From NCBI GenBank assembly GCA_036172245.1, contig JAYWIR010000020.1:2418001-2482000 (forward strand): a DNA stretch of 64,000 nt, given 5' to 3'. Below are positions 27,674 to 41,064 of this stretch, in pieces (position 1 is the first letter of the stretch; every line of letters begins with the position of its first letter). The notes below the pieces were generated by a model that had not been told where the DNA came from, did not search any database, and was given only the letters and a program-made list of their open reading frames with translations. The position numbers and the translations under genes are program-made. This stretch comes from Raillietiella orientalis. Its lineage: Eukaryota.

Positions 27674-27950
27674 TCAGAAAAGGTCCCTACTTGCATACCG
27701 TCTGCCTGGAGCTAGGATCAGATTTTCACCGACAGAAAGCTCTCTTGGTTTCGTATACTGAAGATGAAACGGGACACTGACAAACGACGCTGCTGTCAAG
27801 ATAATTCGTTGCTCTCTGCGTGCTCCGTCGATGACAACTCCCGAACGGATGGTAGTAAGTTCTGAAAGAGATTCTGGGAACACCAGCTGTACTTCATGGG
27901 CGGTTTCCTCATGAAAGGCACTCGAGGAATCCATCCCTTGTGAAAAGATG
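27674..27950 (-). pseudogene. Trypsin-like (S1A) serine protease homolog fragment
   Basis: EVQLVF...SGVVIDGARREQRIILTAASFV...LSVGE resembles S1A CGG.LI....ILTAAHCV...V.VGE. The catalytic His and the Cys pair are not intact. Confidence 0.5.
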
Positions 27951-28749
27951 CAGATCCAAAACGGGCCTGCATCTTTGGAAGATGAGTGCAGGCAACGGAA
28001 GTGATTGCAGACGGAACTACATGACGATTCTGTTGCTTCTTGTCCCATTATCTCTACTGAACACTGGTCTCAGAAACGCTTTTACGCTGAGAAGGCAACA
28101 ACAGAATATGAAACATCCAGACGAAGCATCCGTATTCTTTTGATGCTTCCAAGATTCGATCATTTCCCAGCAAAGACAAAGAAACAAACAAACGTGTGTC
28201 AGTCCAGGGATGGTGGGGCAGTCCACCCTGGTCACAGCCATTTCCTCAGTAAGCTTCTCCGGGTTCTCAGCACGTGGCCTGAAGTAGCTTCAACACATCT
28301 CACTCTCCTATGAAATGTGCAGGTGAAGGTGAGATGACGAGAGCTAAGATATCGAATTCCGTTGCACAAGGAAAATCTCTCCCGTCGCCCTGCACGCGGC
28401 ATATTTCTAACCACCTCCTTCTCGTTTATCGTACAAAAAGGAGAACACGAAGTACCGAATTCGACTCGGCCACTTCCGTCCAAGTGAAGGAAGAGAGCGA
28501 CTCCTGCAAAAGGGGCATTTCGTGGCGCGAAAGTACTAGAAAAGATCAAAAATGGTGGACCAAACCATGGGCGGAAGGAACTGAACACCTGCAGTGGTGT
28601 CTCTTTCCCTCATGCAAAAAAGAGATCGAGTCCAGCCGACCTGCATGTACCAGCACACGCCTGCAGTTGCGTCTCACAAAGGAGACGGCACAAAGACATC
28701 GACCCGGATGGAATTGATTGCCTCACACTGTTTGCTTAGATGCAGAGGG

Positions 28750-30950
28750 TCCAGAATTGTGCGGTCATCGCCTCCAGAAACGTCAAGAATTTCGCAAGAG
28801 CCAGAAAAATCAGTCCCAAGGGGGGGAGGGGAAGGGGGAATGGCCGAAGACATTCCATCTACCTGTCCTTCTGAAGGAAATGAAGAAGCCTTAGAATACC
28901 CCTGAAGAGGCATTCATGGTGTTGCCATTTCTTCTGCCTTAATCATCAACTCCCTTTCGTCTCTCTAGCCTCCATGTGTGGGTGTGTTGTCTGCTCTCTG
29001 CTCGTTCTGACCACGGGAGGCAGTTGCTACAAGAGCATCCGCAGCTTCTGGAAGACTCTCTCTTCTCGATTTTCTGCTCTGCCTGCCGTTTCGCAAAGAC
29101 CCTGGTCTTGATGAACCCGCCAGTCGGAGAGCTGTGACGCAGCACTGAGCTTGAACTTGAACGAAAGGGAAATCGGGATCGTTCCTGATGATCGATTTGC
29201 GCCCAAGTCTGCTCGTCCAGAAGAATTCCCCCTGCTGCATACCGCCAGAAAAGCCACAGTGGGCTTTTTTTTCCAGCTTCCTTTCGCGTGCTGCCTCCGT
29301 CTGAACCACTTTCGCTCCGTGGCGTGGCGAGCACGACTTCCGAAGATGGCGCAGCAGGACCGAGGCAACCAGGGGAGGGGCGGTCCAAAACGTTTCCCGG
29401 TCACTGGAGAGTCCTTCGCACGCTCGGCACCCCATTCTTGAAGCAAGGGGGACTCTACCTTCCTTCACCGCCAATTATCTGGGTCGCAGCCGCCTCCGGG
29501 GAGCCCTCGCCAGGGCCACTCCAGAGCGCAGCACCTGCCTGTGCGGTCCGGGAAAGCGTAGACGCGCTCGAGGGGAAAGAAGGTGTACGCGCACTTACGC
29601 GAAAAGCCAAAGCGCGTATTCGGAAAGTGCGAGTGCCGTGAGGCGTGGGCGTGATCACGCACCAGCAAAACGCGGGGGTACTCCGGTTCGCAAGTTGTCA
29701 CGTGACAGGCGAGGGCTGGGCACCGCGAGGGAAAGGGAGGCCTCCGGCAAATCCTCGTGCGGGACTCGACCGGCCTGTGACGAGGACTTTGGAAGTGGAC
29801 GGAGGTTAATTTCGGAGGTTCCAGGAATGCGAGGCCTTCCCTGGAAGGAGAGACGCCCTCGTCCCCGTCTCTGCACCGGGGAGGATGCTGTACGAAACCG
29901 TCAAGAGGTGTCTCATAATCCCCTCTTGCACTCCGGAGAACGACACCTCCTCCTCTGAGGGGATCATTGACCACCACCTTCTAAGGCGACGGAGGGTTCA
30001 CTCTGGGGATCCATTTGCACAACCGGAGGGAAACCTCGAAGGGAACCAAACGGCTCCTTGTTTCCTGGGAAGACCCCGGAGTCCCAGTCAGTCAATAAGG
30101 CCATCCGTCTTCCGCCAGTGCCGCAGCGCGATCCTGCAGGGAGGACTCTAAACCCACGACGCGCCCTCGTTCTCGAATCTGATCTTCTACGTGGGGATTC
30201 GAACCCTCATCGCTTGGCGCCCCAACAGCAGCCACGCGGTCTGCCGACGCGGATCTCCCCTTCCACTTCCCCCGGGTCCGCCCGCGTCTTGACGGAGCTA
30301 CGCGAAGGCTCATTTTTTCGAAGGGATGCGCCTTGGCCAGGACAGTCCTGACTGAACCCTGACGCGTAGGTGGCGCTCCTTGCAGCCGGTGCTCCTGGGA
30401 AGTCTTTCGATTGCCTCCGGGTCTTCATCCCCGCAGAAACCGTCCCTGGAAAGCAGAAGAGTCTTCGGCTGTGGAGACGCGGGAGCATTGCGTCCGCTAC
30501 TCTCCGAAGACGACAAAGAGCAAGACTTTGGTCTTTCCGATCGTCTCCTCCCCCCCCCCCCCAGGAGAGAGCCGCGATGGCTCGGAACGGTCATGGAGTT
30601 TGCTGTAGGCCATCGGCCTTCCTCCTTAAGAGAGATGCAGGCAGAGAGCGCGGCGAGGGACGATGAAGAAATCACAGACAGCTATCCCGTTTAGGTCCCC
30701 GCGGACGCGGTCTCCACGCAGGGCTGAGGAGGTGCTGGGCTCTTCCCCTATCTCCGCTTCACCGCAAAGACCCGCGTTCTCCTGCACTCTCCTCGGAGGA
30801 GATGCTGCCGGCAGAGGCCTGCGGCAAAGCAGAGGGACCTCTGGAGTGAACAGAGATCCAAAAGAAGAAGGGTATGCCGCTATCAGTGGAATGGGAAGGG
30901 GGACATCAAGGAGCAGACTAGACAGGAGCTAGAAGACATCTGAGAAGGAA
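28750..30950 (+). mobile_element. Degenerate L1/Tx1-like LINE: RT C-terminal part followed by a new endonuclease start
   Basis: LNLNE (~29150); LKQGGLYLPSP (~29440, post-RT GGL.LP motif); PFAQPEG (~30010, parallels SFAQPEG near 10320); DLLRGDSN (~30180, GDFN motif). Confidence 0.65.
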
Positions 30951-31399
30951 GAGGGAACCGGGGTAACGAACGGGAGGCACTGATCGAAATCCCTAACGAT
31001 CATGAGAAACAAACGTATGCGCTTGCCCTTTCTGCATAGGTTAATATACAAGTTTATTTTAATATGCATCATTATTCATATTTATTAACACATATATTAT
31101 TGGCAGTAATGTGATTGGAACAGATAAGTTTATTAAAATGCAATGGAATGCATTTTATTAATAAACTTGATAATTATATCGTTAGCGATTGCATTGCTGT
31201 TGATTGCGTTGTTGGTATGCACATTAAAGATTACAAAAAATGAATATATGTGCTTATTATATGCATTCACATATACATTTATACAAAGATTGGTATATGG
31301 ACTGATTAAGCCATGAAGATTGTAAAAAATAACGCTGCCACGATCCTACGCATGTTGAAATAAATTTGTACATCGGTCTGTGTGGAATGAAGCACATGC

Positions 31400-34300
31400 A
31401 TACGTTTGTTTCTCATGAATCTTTCGGGATTCCGAACCAGACCCGGAACGAGCGGTGGACCTTGAAGGTCCACACGAATGGAGGCAGCAGCGGCAACTCA
31501 GCGCGCGCATCTCCTCCCAGTTCCGCCTCTCTCCCCCGTCCCTCTACAACGCGCCTGCATGTCTGCTGGAGTGAAGAGCGTCCACCCGTGGCGACGGGTC
31601 AGCGATTCCAGGGAAACGGCGCACGAACGCCCGTCTTCTCCGTCCTCTGCTGCTCCAGAGGGGAGGAGCTGCTCCGCGGTCGTTTGTGCTTTCTCAGGCA
31701 AGACCCCTCCACTTCCCCCCTCCTCCTCTCCTTGGCGACGCTGCAGAAGCTTTTTCGGGGGGCTTCCGTCGGTCACAGTCCACTGGAACCTTTCTCACTG
31801 CGTTCTTCCAGGCAGCCGCCAACTGCCGCAGAGCCCTCCGAATAGGACGCCGGATGCTGCGTCGCAGCGGGGGAGGAATCACCGCAACTGTGCCACCCAC
31901 TGCCACCACTTCCTTTTTGGGTGCTCTAGAGGCTGCTGCTCCAGAAACCATGATCCTGCAGCCGTCCCCCTCCCAGCCGACAGCTGCAAGGGTCGCCACA
32001 GGCCTGACGGAGTTCATCAGCCAATGGCACCAAGGCTTCCGCACCAGAGGCTCTCGTCGCATTTGTCCCTCCTCGGTGGTCACTGCCGGTGACGTCCAAA
32101 GTAGGCGAAGGAGATCCTGGATGCAGAAAGCCAGGAGGCATCCTTTCTGGCGTGGGAGGCGGTTCCCTCGGCGATCTGAGGCACTCTGATTCTGGAAGCA
32201 GCATGGCGCCCTTCACCTTCCAAAGGGCCGCTCTGTAAGGAGCATGCAGCCGAGCGAAGAGGCTGCTGTGTGGCGGCTGCCTCCTCCGGGAGCAGCTTGC
32301 GTCCATCGCAGCGCAGGCGAGCAGCGCTGCCGCTTCCTCCTCTCCCCTCCTTCTCCCTCTTCCGACCCCTCCCTCCTCGTTTTGGATGCACTCCGAAGCG
32401 CCGGGCGATCGCCTCCGCGGGAGGCCTCGGCAGAGCGAGCAGCCCGAGTACTGCGGGCTTCACGTCCCACTTAGCGGAGGTCTCCGCGCACCATCGAAGC
32501 AGAACGGAAGCCGTGAGTTCCGCCAGCACATCCGAGGCGGATAAAAAGAATTTCCGAGTTCGGTGGCTGCGGCTCTTTGTTTTCGGGCGACCCGACCAGC
32601 AGCAAGTGCGCGGCGGAGGACGGATGCTCCCTCTCGGATGGGAGTGGGGAAACAACGCTCCAGAGAACCGAGCAGGCGGGTCCCGGGCACCTGCGGAGGA
32701 AGCGTTGCCCAGGCGACGCGCAGGAACATGCGCTACGTTCTGGTGAGTTTCCTTTCCTCCTGTTGTCCGCTGGTTGCGAAAGGTGGGATCCCCTGGATCT
32801 GCACCGTGGGTTCGCCCGCTCACGCCCGCTGGCGCGCGAACCGACCTTCCTCCCTCCTTTATCCTCGCAGGCGCCTTCCTCGGTCTCCGCAGCTCCATCT
32901 GTCTGGAGAGTCCCCGCAATCAGGGATTGCGATGAGGCGGCGGCGACGGCAGCGGAACGAACCGCAACGGGAATGGGGTCCCAGAGAAGGGAATCCTCCA
33001 GCTTCTTCCCGACTCGCAGGTTCGAGGTTTCAAGGGTTGGATTCTCGAGGATTCCTTCCCCTGCTGGCGTCTCGCTGGGACTGGATGGTTGTCCATGAGA
33101 CTCGAGAGCCTGGATGTTCCTTCGATCAGGCTGGTGCCGCGGTGCCTGCAGGAAAGTCGGACTGGAGTTTTCAGGCGTCTGTCGATCGCCTAGAAGCTGA
33201 ACTCTTCTGTCCTCCCTTTTTCCTCTTCTCTCCTTCCTGCCTCCGTTGCCACGGACAACATCGGCTTCAAAAAGGGGAGATCGGAGCAGGAGACGTGGAA
33301 TTCCGCTGGGATCATCGAAGGAGGTCCGCGGGCGAGGATTTTTCAAACGGAAGCAGAAAACCGGGTCGGGAGGCTGCGCTGGGAGCTCAGAAGATCTTCG
33401 TCTCTCAGAAGGAGCTAGCCGTGAAGTTGGCTCAGGGCGACAGACGCCACAGATCCCGGAAGAATTTTGACCCGACCAGCGAAAGATCAGCGTGCCGTCC
33501 TTCCACACGCGCCTGTGTGTCGGTCTCCCGAATCCCATGGAAACGCTGCTTGAGCGAGCGAGCCTTCAGGTTGCACACGTGCAGGGCAAGCACGCACACT
33601 CATGCACCCAGCCCACGGGGTGGCGGGCGACGGGGCACCCGGACCGAGAAGTGGGGTTGGGGCAGGTAGGTTCGCGAGTTCCCACCAAGAAGTGCCCACT
33701 CTGCACTCTCCCTCCTGATGCGTCCCGCAGAGCTCCTCCCGCGTGGAAATTCCGTCGTTCCCGTCATTCCTTTCTAAAGAAAGAGGGAAGGAGAGTCCAC
33801 CTGTTCTTCGAGGGGAGGGAGTAAGTTTCTGGATACCGAGAGTGACGGAGCTCGTTTCTGGCACGCATTTCAAGTGCGAGGACTTCTGGAGCCATTGGAC
33901 GTTTCCCAGCGGTCTTCGGCTAGCAGCAGGCGGGCAGGACCAGTTTCTCCCTGCCCAAGGGTGAGGGTGGGCGAACGCGCTCGAGAGAAGCCCGGAAGCG
34001 ATAGGCGCAGCCTTGGTCTGGGAGATGGAACGCTGCGCTCTCCTTTCCTGGCTGTTCGCTCCTAACTCGTTCCGTTTCCTCCAACCGGGAAACCGGAGAC
34101 GGCCTCCAGCCTGACCCGGGCCGCTTCCGACACGCGCTAAGGGGGATCGCCTTCCCGCGACCCATGATGAGTCCCGGTTTCGCCGTTCTCTGATCCGGGC
34201 TGACACGAAGCGGCCGCAGCCGACGTCCCGCAGGCACGCAGAAGACGCGTTGTTGTTCCGAGAAAACTGCGCTGCCTGCAAGAACGAGGGCGGTTCGGAT

Positions 34301-34460
34301 CCCCTGGACTGTTGGCAGAAGGCAGAAACTTTCTTTCTTCAGAGTGACAGCCGGAAGGTGAATCTTTTGGTCCAGGAGACCGTTGGGGCAAAAAAAATGA
34401 AGAGGTGTTCTGGCCACTTCGCTTCGATTTGCACCTCCGGAAGAACCTGGACGTGCGGAA
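31400..34460. mobile_element. GC-rich block of degenerate LINE fragments: minus-strand C-terminal region ~32100-32500, plus-strand zinc-knuckle-like and endonuclease scraps ~33500-34460
   Basis: AALWKVKG...ESECL on the minus strand; GQVGSRVPTKKCPLC, DPLDCWQ, SRKVNLLV and SGHF on the plus strand. The long overlapping ORFs are Arg/Pro/Gly-rich, as expected from high GC. Confidence 0.45.
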
Positions 34461-34976
34461 GCTTTGATTTTTTTTGTGGGTTTGCAATCAAAGAGGAAAA
34501 AGTGGCTTCTTGTTTGCGATGGTAGGCAGGGCAAGGCGAAAGTTTCCACTCGATCTTGGGGAATCTTCATCTTGCCGTTTGCAGACGGTTTTTCCTCCTT
34601 TTGGAGTCTCATCCCGAATAAACAGATCGGAATTCGAGTGACCCACATCTGCTCGTGCCCCAGGATACGCCTTCTTCGGCTTGCATCCCGGCTTCCATTA
34701 TTCTCATCCCATCACGTTGGCCACCTCTTCTTGTTCATAAATCTGACTCTGCAAGGGACCGGTTGCGCACAAAAGGGAATGCACTTTCCTCAAGTAGCCA
34801 TGACGGAAGCATCGCGATCGCATGCCAGAAACAAATCTGTGGCCGTCGCATCTCCATCTCCATCTCACCTGCGTTCCGGCACGTGCGACTGATTGATAAA
34901 ACGACATCGTTCATTCGCAATGTCCGCGATGTCCAGGATGTCCTGTTCTTCGTATAGATTTCTTGCGAAAGCAGGC

Positions 34977-35020
34977 GATCACATTTGTACCAAGAGTACC
35001 CTCTTGGTACAAATGTGATC
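34977..35020. repeat. Perfect 20-bp inverted repeat with a 4-nt loop
   Basis: GATCACATTTGTACCAAGAG-tacc-CTCTTGGTACAAATGTGATC. Confidence 0.95.
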
Positions 35021-35254
35021 TACATCAATAAAGTTCGCCGCAGCTGAGAGTTTTGATTGGATCAAAATCGAAGGCAATGAATGCTCCTGACTCTGGTGGT
35101 GTGCTTTCATCTTTTTCCTTCCAGCCCTTTTCCTGTTTTCGGGTCTTCTCTTTTTTGGGGAGGAGGTTCGCCAACTGCTGAAGAACTGCTCGCCTTCCCC
35201 TTATGGGGGAGGCGAACAATCTTTCTGAACACAGTCGAGGGTGCGTATAACTCT

Positions 35255-36300
35255 TCACGTTAGGGGATAACCTCGGAGGGACCACCCTATGAATCCAGGA
35301 AGTCTCCCGAGGAAGGAGTCCGTTCCTCTTACGGTTGCTAGGGAACCCCGGAGGGACCCTCGCTGATTCCAATTCCGGACAGTCAGTGGGTGCATCCGGC
35401 TTCCACGAGTGTCGCACCCGAAGCTTATAAGGCCGGCTAGCGTCATCCCGTGGGGGCACCCGAAACAAACGACCCACCCCCTATCTCTTTGGAATCGATC
35501 CTCTACGTGAGGATTCGAACGCGTAATGTCCGGTGCTGCGCGCGGAGTGTCAGTCACAGCCACACGGCCCGCCAACGCGGACTCCCGCGATCACTTCCTT
35601 TCTTTGCCTCAGAGACACATTCGTCGTTCCAGAGGTGGGGAAGCTGGAACGCTTGCTGGTTCTCTCCCACTCACCTCAGGACTCCCTCTATCTTCTTGGT
35701 AGTTTTCTGGTCACAAGGAGTCCTGATCAACTTCGAAATGCGCATTTCGGGAGCCTTCGTGTAGCCATCGCAGCTTTCAGATCATGTGGCACACCGTCTG
35801 TATGACCCCCAATTGCATTCCCTCCCGACAACACTCCGAGACGCTCCAGATGTCTTTTCGTCCCTGTCGGTGCACGTCCTGTTGTCGACGTTCGTTCACG
35901 TCCACGCTTTTCGACTTGCGGGCTTAAAGGTGGGACGTGAAGCACCATTCTCTTCTCCACGGGACCGCATCCTGCTTGTCGACGGCACTTTATCGTTCGG
36001 ATGCTGGAACGAAATGGAGCACTTCCCGTTCTTGTTGCAGTTGGGAACGAATCGCGGAACACGACTCCCAGTTCCTCGACTGGCTGTCGTATAATCTTGA
36101 GCGATTGAGCTGCTTGCCTGCCTTCGTTGCGCTTTTCGGACCGACAGCGCTTTTTTTCCCCCCCGATTTTCCCGTAGCCTGAAAGAGAAACCATTCTCCC
36201 TGTTTTTTCCTCTACTCCTTCATGAGTTCGCAAGTGTTCCGGCAACCACTTTGCCTGAAAACCCCGAACTTACTCGCAGGAAGTGGAACCCGTCACTCTT
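35255..36300 (+). mobile_element. Degenerate LINE APE endonuclease domain and downstream scrap
   Basis: Motifs occur in the expected order: IQEV (~35292), ATCCTCTACGTGAGGATTCGAAC (GDxN motif, ~35498), LRDTF (~35610) and LSDHVA (~35774). Confidence 0.65.
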
Positions 36301-38479
36301 CGAAAGCCCGAAACCTCCGAGGTAACAGAGCTTCAAGAGAATGAAAGTCAGAGATGAGGGCTGGCTGGAAACAGAGATGCGTCTTGTGTACAGAGTCAGC
36401 AGCAAAAAAGCGTGGCGAGATTGAACCTGCCGCAGGCAACAAAAAGTTCTAATGATGTTCCATCAAAGCAGGAAGGGAACCCAGGAATCTTGAGTGGGCG
36501 ATGTATGGTTAAAAAGCGACTGGATGAAATGTTGAAAGCATTAAAAACAAAGGAGAAAAAGTGATAAATCTGATCAACGCGAAGATGCAAATAAAGGGCG
36601 TCTGAATGGCAGTCAGCATGGGAGCTCAGATGTGCTTTAAACAAGAGGTGTCGCCTCATCTGACAGATGCCTACCCAGTCTTTTGGACTGATTAAATGTC
36701 AGATGTGCAAAAATCTGCCCTGGGACAACTCCACAGTTACGAAAAGAGGGCAGTTAAACGCTGCTTCTGGAAGGCGGCCCTCGAAGATCTTGCGAGCATC
36801 AGATCATCATATTCGTTTGAGTACAATAGGGAACATGATCATTAACAGAAAGAGGCGTGATTTCGAACCCTCCTGATGGCTGTTGTAAAGCTGGTATGTC
36901 AGAATCCTTGGAACTGGAAGCTTTTTCTGGACGGTGATGTTCAACGGAACAATTGAAGTGTGAACGGAAGAACGCACCAACGTTCACAAGGAGCTTCGTG
37001 ATTGATTGGATTATTAGAAATAGCAATCCAAAACAGGAAATCTCGGCACAGGGATTTCGAAAAATACTGTTCCATTCCTGTTTTCCGTTGCTACCATCCC
37101 ATTTTCATCCTGAATAATAGAGTTTAGAAGCCATGATCCGTCGTGTCAATGGTAGTGAGATACTGATGTTCGAAACAGGCGGCTGATTTTCATGAGGTGC
37201 AAAATGCATCCCACCTTGGAGAGATGAAGAGCTCCGTCCACACCAAGAGCAATGGATCGCTGGACCAAACGAAAAAAGAATGATGACCGAATTCCGTCGT
37301 TTACGAACTGATGGAGCTGCGCCGCAAGCTTAAGCAGGAAGGGCCGATGTTTTCACTCTCTTGATCGACTCTCTTCATTGGTGTACCAAAATCTCACTTC
37401 CTACGCCATTTAGCAGTTTGGTATTCGGAAAAAGCACCCATTTCACGAATATCTGATCTCATCGGTCCTTCCTTTCTCGCTTTTTCGAATCCTCTCATCC
37501 CCGATATGTTTCTCTAATGCTAAAGTTGCATGACGTCTAGTGTTTAACCCATAACTCTTTGAGCAGAGTGACGATCCTTTTGATTTACGTGAAGAGGCGC
37601 GAGTTAAGATTGATATCCTTCAGGAAGTAAGTTCTTAGACAGAGTCCACTTTACATTCGTTCTACGAATGCACACTAAGGCATGTGCGACGTTTTTCGAA
37701 ATGTATGCGGAGTTCCTTGAAAACTAAGATAAACGATTATTATTAATATAATAATAAGGAACAGGTAGTTTTCTTGCAGCTGCAGCTTCGGTCGGGATAT
37801 TCTGTGAAAACTCATCTTTAAAGAATTTGATTTTTCAAAGAATCTTTCATCAGGTGACTCTAGCTGGGTTCCAGATGACGTATGTAACCTACGGTAATGT
37901 CCATTCCGCTGAGATCTTGCTTCTGCTCTGAAAAACCATGCGCATGTTGATCTTTTGCAAATAGGCCCTCTCTGCAATCAAAATCGAGAGAGAATGATTT
38001 TTCAGCTCCTGTTTCCTGCTAAGAACTTTCATCATGAACACGAGAGTCACTGGAGCCACTTGAGCACTAGTGAAACCTATATGGAACGTTACATGGGAAT
38101 AAATGTCAGACTCAGTAGGAGCTGCAGCCATTTCAGGGACATCATTGTAATCATTATAAGTCATTTCCCAACACTGCCCTTTCCACCGTCTCGGCAGGAA
38201 GATAAACACACTACTTCCTTGATTGCAGGTGTACAAGATGTCGCAACTTCCCATTTGTCAATCAAATGTTTTAGAGGTCTTTCGCTCTACTGATTTTAGA
38301 GAAATCGAGTACTTCGAAGCAAAACCGAATCGTTTCCTGTGGATCCTGTTCTCCCTTAAAGTAAATTTTGGAACACCTCTACAACACGATTCCCTCGGCG
38401 GTCTGCTTTTCATGCACTCATGGAACACTTTTTAAGTACCGGTTTTCAAGATCATGAAGTTTTCATCTTTCATCTGATG

Positions 38480-41064
38480 CTAAGGATGCTGCCCCCAACG
38501 CGAGGGTTTATTTCGCGGATGCGAGGTGTTGCTTGGTTTTCGTTTTTCTGAAACGAGAAACCCGGAAGTCGTAACGAAGGATGAGCAAGGCTCCACGAAC
38601 GAGATGAAGTGAGATATCCACTTCACCGACGTAAGGATAAGAAAATTCCGTTGCTCCTGAAACGTTGAATGCTTTGATGCAAGAGGAACATTAGGATTTA
38701 AGACGAGGAATGCAGTCCTTAAAAGAATGCAAAAAAAAAAAAGACGCAGAAATTTAGTTTCTCCTTTCAGGCCATTTGCCATCAAGAAGGGAAGCCGAAC
38801 CACGCTAAGCTCTTCGTCTAATAAGTTCCAAAAGATTTGCAACGAAATGCACGGGCCCCAGGACCATGGTTGCTACAGTCAAGAGAATCCTTAGGAAACT
38901 ATCAAAGTCGGTAGTCTCGAAGAGGAGCCTTTCAAGTCCTATGTAATCGAAGACTAGGGGAGCATCCTGCAAGTCTCTGGAAGTGGGGTCGAAGTGATGA
39001 TGGTCACTTAGCAGTTGGGAAACTCGACTGTTAAGTGACCAGAAGCTCGCGACACAGAATAAGACGGAAACGCCGGTGTGCGCCTTTCTGATCTGAGCGG
39101 TTTCACAAAATGAAAACACTCAGCCAGCTTCTTCTCTGTGGGGGTTTTTTCAAGTACCCGGCCCTACTGCTTTCCTCGGCATGCAGGTGTGCAATAGCTG
39201 CCAAACACAGCAGACCCCTGTATGGGGCGGCTTCCTATAAAAAGAAGAAAATATGGGGACAGTCCTCTCGCAGAGGAGTAATGAGACCCACAGGACGCCA
39301 TGGATAAATTTTAATTTTGGGGCAACGTCCCTGTTTAGCCGTAGTCCAAGAGGACACATGCAAAAAGCACGAATGCATGATTTAAGTGGACTGAACGCTG
39401 CTTTATTCAATTTGTTGTGAGTAAAAGAGCGCAAGAGGATCCAATTTTCAACGAGAATGATAGAGCTGAAGCCGTTTAACTCGATCTAATTTGAAGGCTG
39501 TTTCACTGTAATTTAAGCAGTAAATAGAAGGTACGTTTTTGGTTTAAAGTGCAATAATCGATATCATGCTGTTATAACTTTCAAGATACATTTTATGTCT
39601 TTTGTAAATACGATCACATCATGCATGTATAACCCATTGGACTTGTAGAACACGGAACGTATCCCCCGGGTCTACTCTGACTTTCCTTGCACATAATATA
39701 ATTTATTGCCGCACTCTTCTATCTGCCTACTTTGCTCTTTTAAGGGTTAATTTTCCACTTTCCTTTGATGGACCTCAACCAGAAGGATGAAATCCCATAA
39801 TCACAAGCACACGTATCGGTCTGAAGCCAGCAGCAGCCACCTCCACGATTTCTGACTGCATTCGACTACAGCTACAGCATACCACTCTTTATGCTCTTTA
39901 CACTGTACTCTCTCTCACTATAGCATACCACTCTTTCGTATTAGCTGGTTTCTGCAAATCCTAAGCATGGAACATGTCTCACTGTTGTTCCATGGATTCC
40001 AGCGTTGCTGGCACTCGTTCCAAACTGGGCTCGACTGTATCCTTCTTAACCAGGAGTGCTTTTTACCAAGCCTTTTTTAAAAGTCATCTCCAATGAATCA
40101 AATTCGGGGATCATGTCTGTCCGTGAATCTGCTAATCTAATGAGGTGCCCTTCCGTGCTTCGTATTGCCGCTATGCTCATAGAAATTACTCCAGCCAGTA
40201 AGGGTAATAAATGCACCTTTTTTTTTTTGGTTTTGCCTTGCAAAGCCTATCTCATCTATTTCTTACTGAAACTGGTAAAAACAGAAACATCTGGAATATG
40301 CAGAATATTGCTTGGTTGCACCTTAAGATGACGGCACACTTCCAACACTGCACATTAGCGATTTCTCAAATTCTCAAGATCATGTGTTGTTTCTGAGTGG
40401 TCTGACGGAGATGCAGTTGGAGATGTTCTGATCCGGCTCTCCCGCCAGTCCCAATCTTGCAGCCTGGTCAGTTTCTGTGCATTAAGAAAGCTTCAGAATT
40501 CTCGCGTTGGGCATTAGACATTGAGCTCAAGGGTACTTAGAGACCGCTGCTTTTATCTCGTGATGTATGTTACTTGACTATTTATCGCTGGTTGCTCCCG
40601 TTTTTAATCTGTGGAATCGTCTATCAGATTAACTGCATCACTTGAAGAGTTGCACTTTTAATCATTTTGCAAGTGACACTTACTCGTAAACAAGATGCTT
40701 CCGGTGCCTGGGTGGGTGAGCAGCGTCGAACTGAACACAGCGTGTTAAGTTGCACGTGTTTTTAACACTTTCCCGCATAGGTAAATCAGCGAGTGGTAGC
40801 ATCCAGAGATTGAGTAACTGGAAGAGACTCATTAATGCGAGTTGTTCTCGTAAGAATCGAATTCCAGAAATGTCATTATCTTGTCGGTCTAGCAAGATGC
40901 TTCGGGTTGTGAATATTTTGATGGACTGGGTCCTCACGATCGCTGAAAATGTCACTGGAAGATTGGCTTTGCTCGTGCATTTTTGCCTTTGCGTTGATCT
41001 CTGAAAATCCCATCCCATGCAGAAGTTTCTTCGAACTGGCCGCTATGATGGAGAAGGTCAGCAA
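38480..41064 (-). pseudogene. Possible decayed leucine-rich-repeat protein gene
   Basis: Scattered LxxLxL-like strings across frames (ARILKLS*C, QNISNC, LFQLLNLWML, GLERLLFET, ILLDRQDNDISGI), interrupted by stops and frameshifts. Confidence 0.25.

Noticed and set aside
30185..30210. tRNA T-loop/B-box-like GGTTCGAATCC on the minus strand (also ~12585, ~35512 and a variant at ~61010)
   Set aside because: There is no cloverleaf and the T-stem is not conserved among copies. At 30190, 35500 and 61015 it coincides with codons for the LINE endonuclease GDxN motif.
32080..33669. Long overlapping ORFs of 279-368 aa on both strands
   Set aside because: They are Arg/Pro/Gly/Ser-rich with no coherent domain, and are explained by high GC in decayed LINE sequence.
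39876..39936. 15-nt direct repeat AGCATACCACTCTTT twice, with a spacer of CRISPR-like length
   Set aside because: There are only two units, no cas genes and a eukaryotic context, so this is a local duplication.
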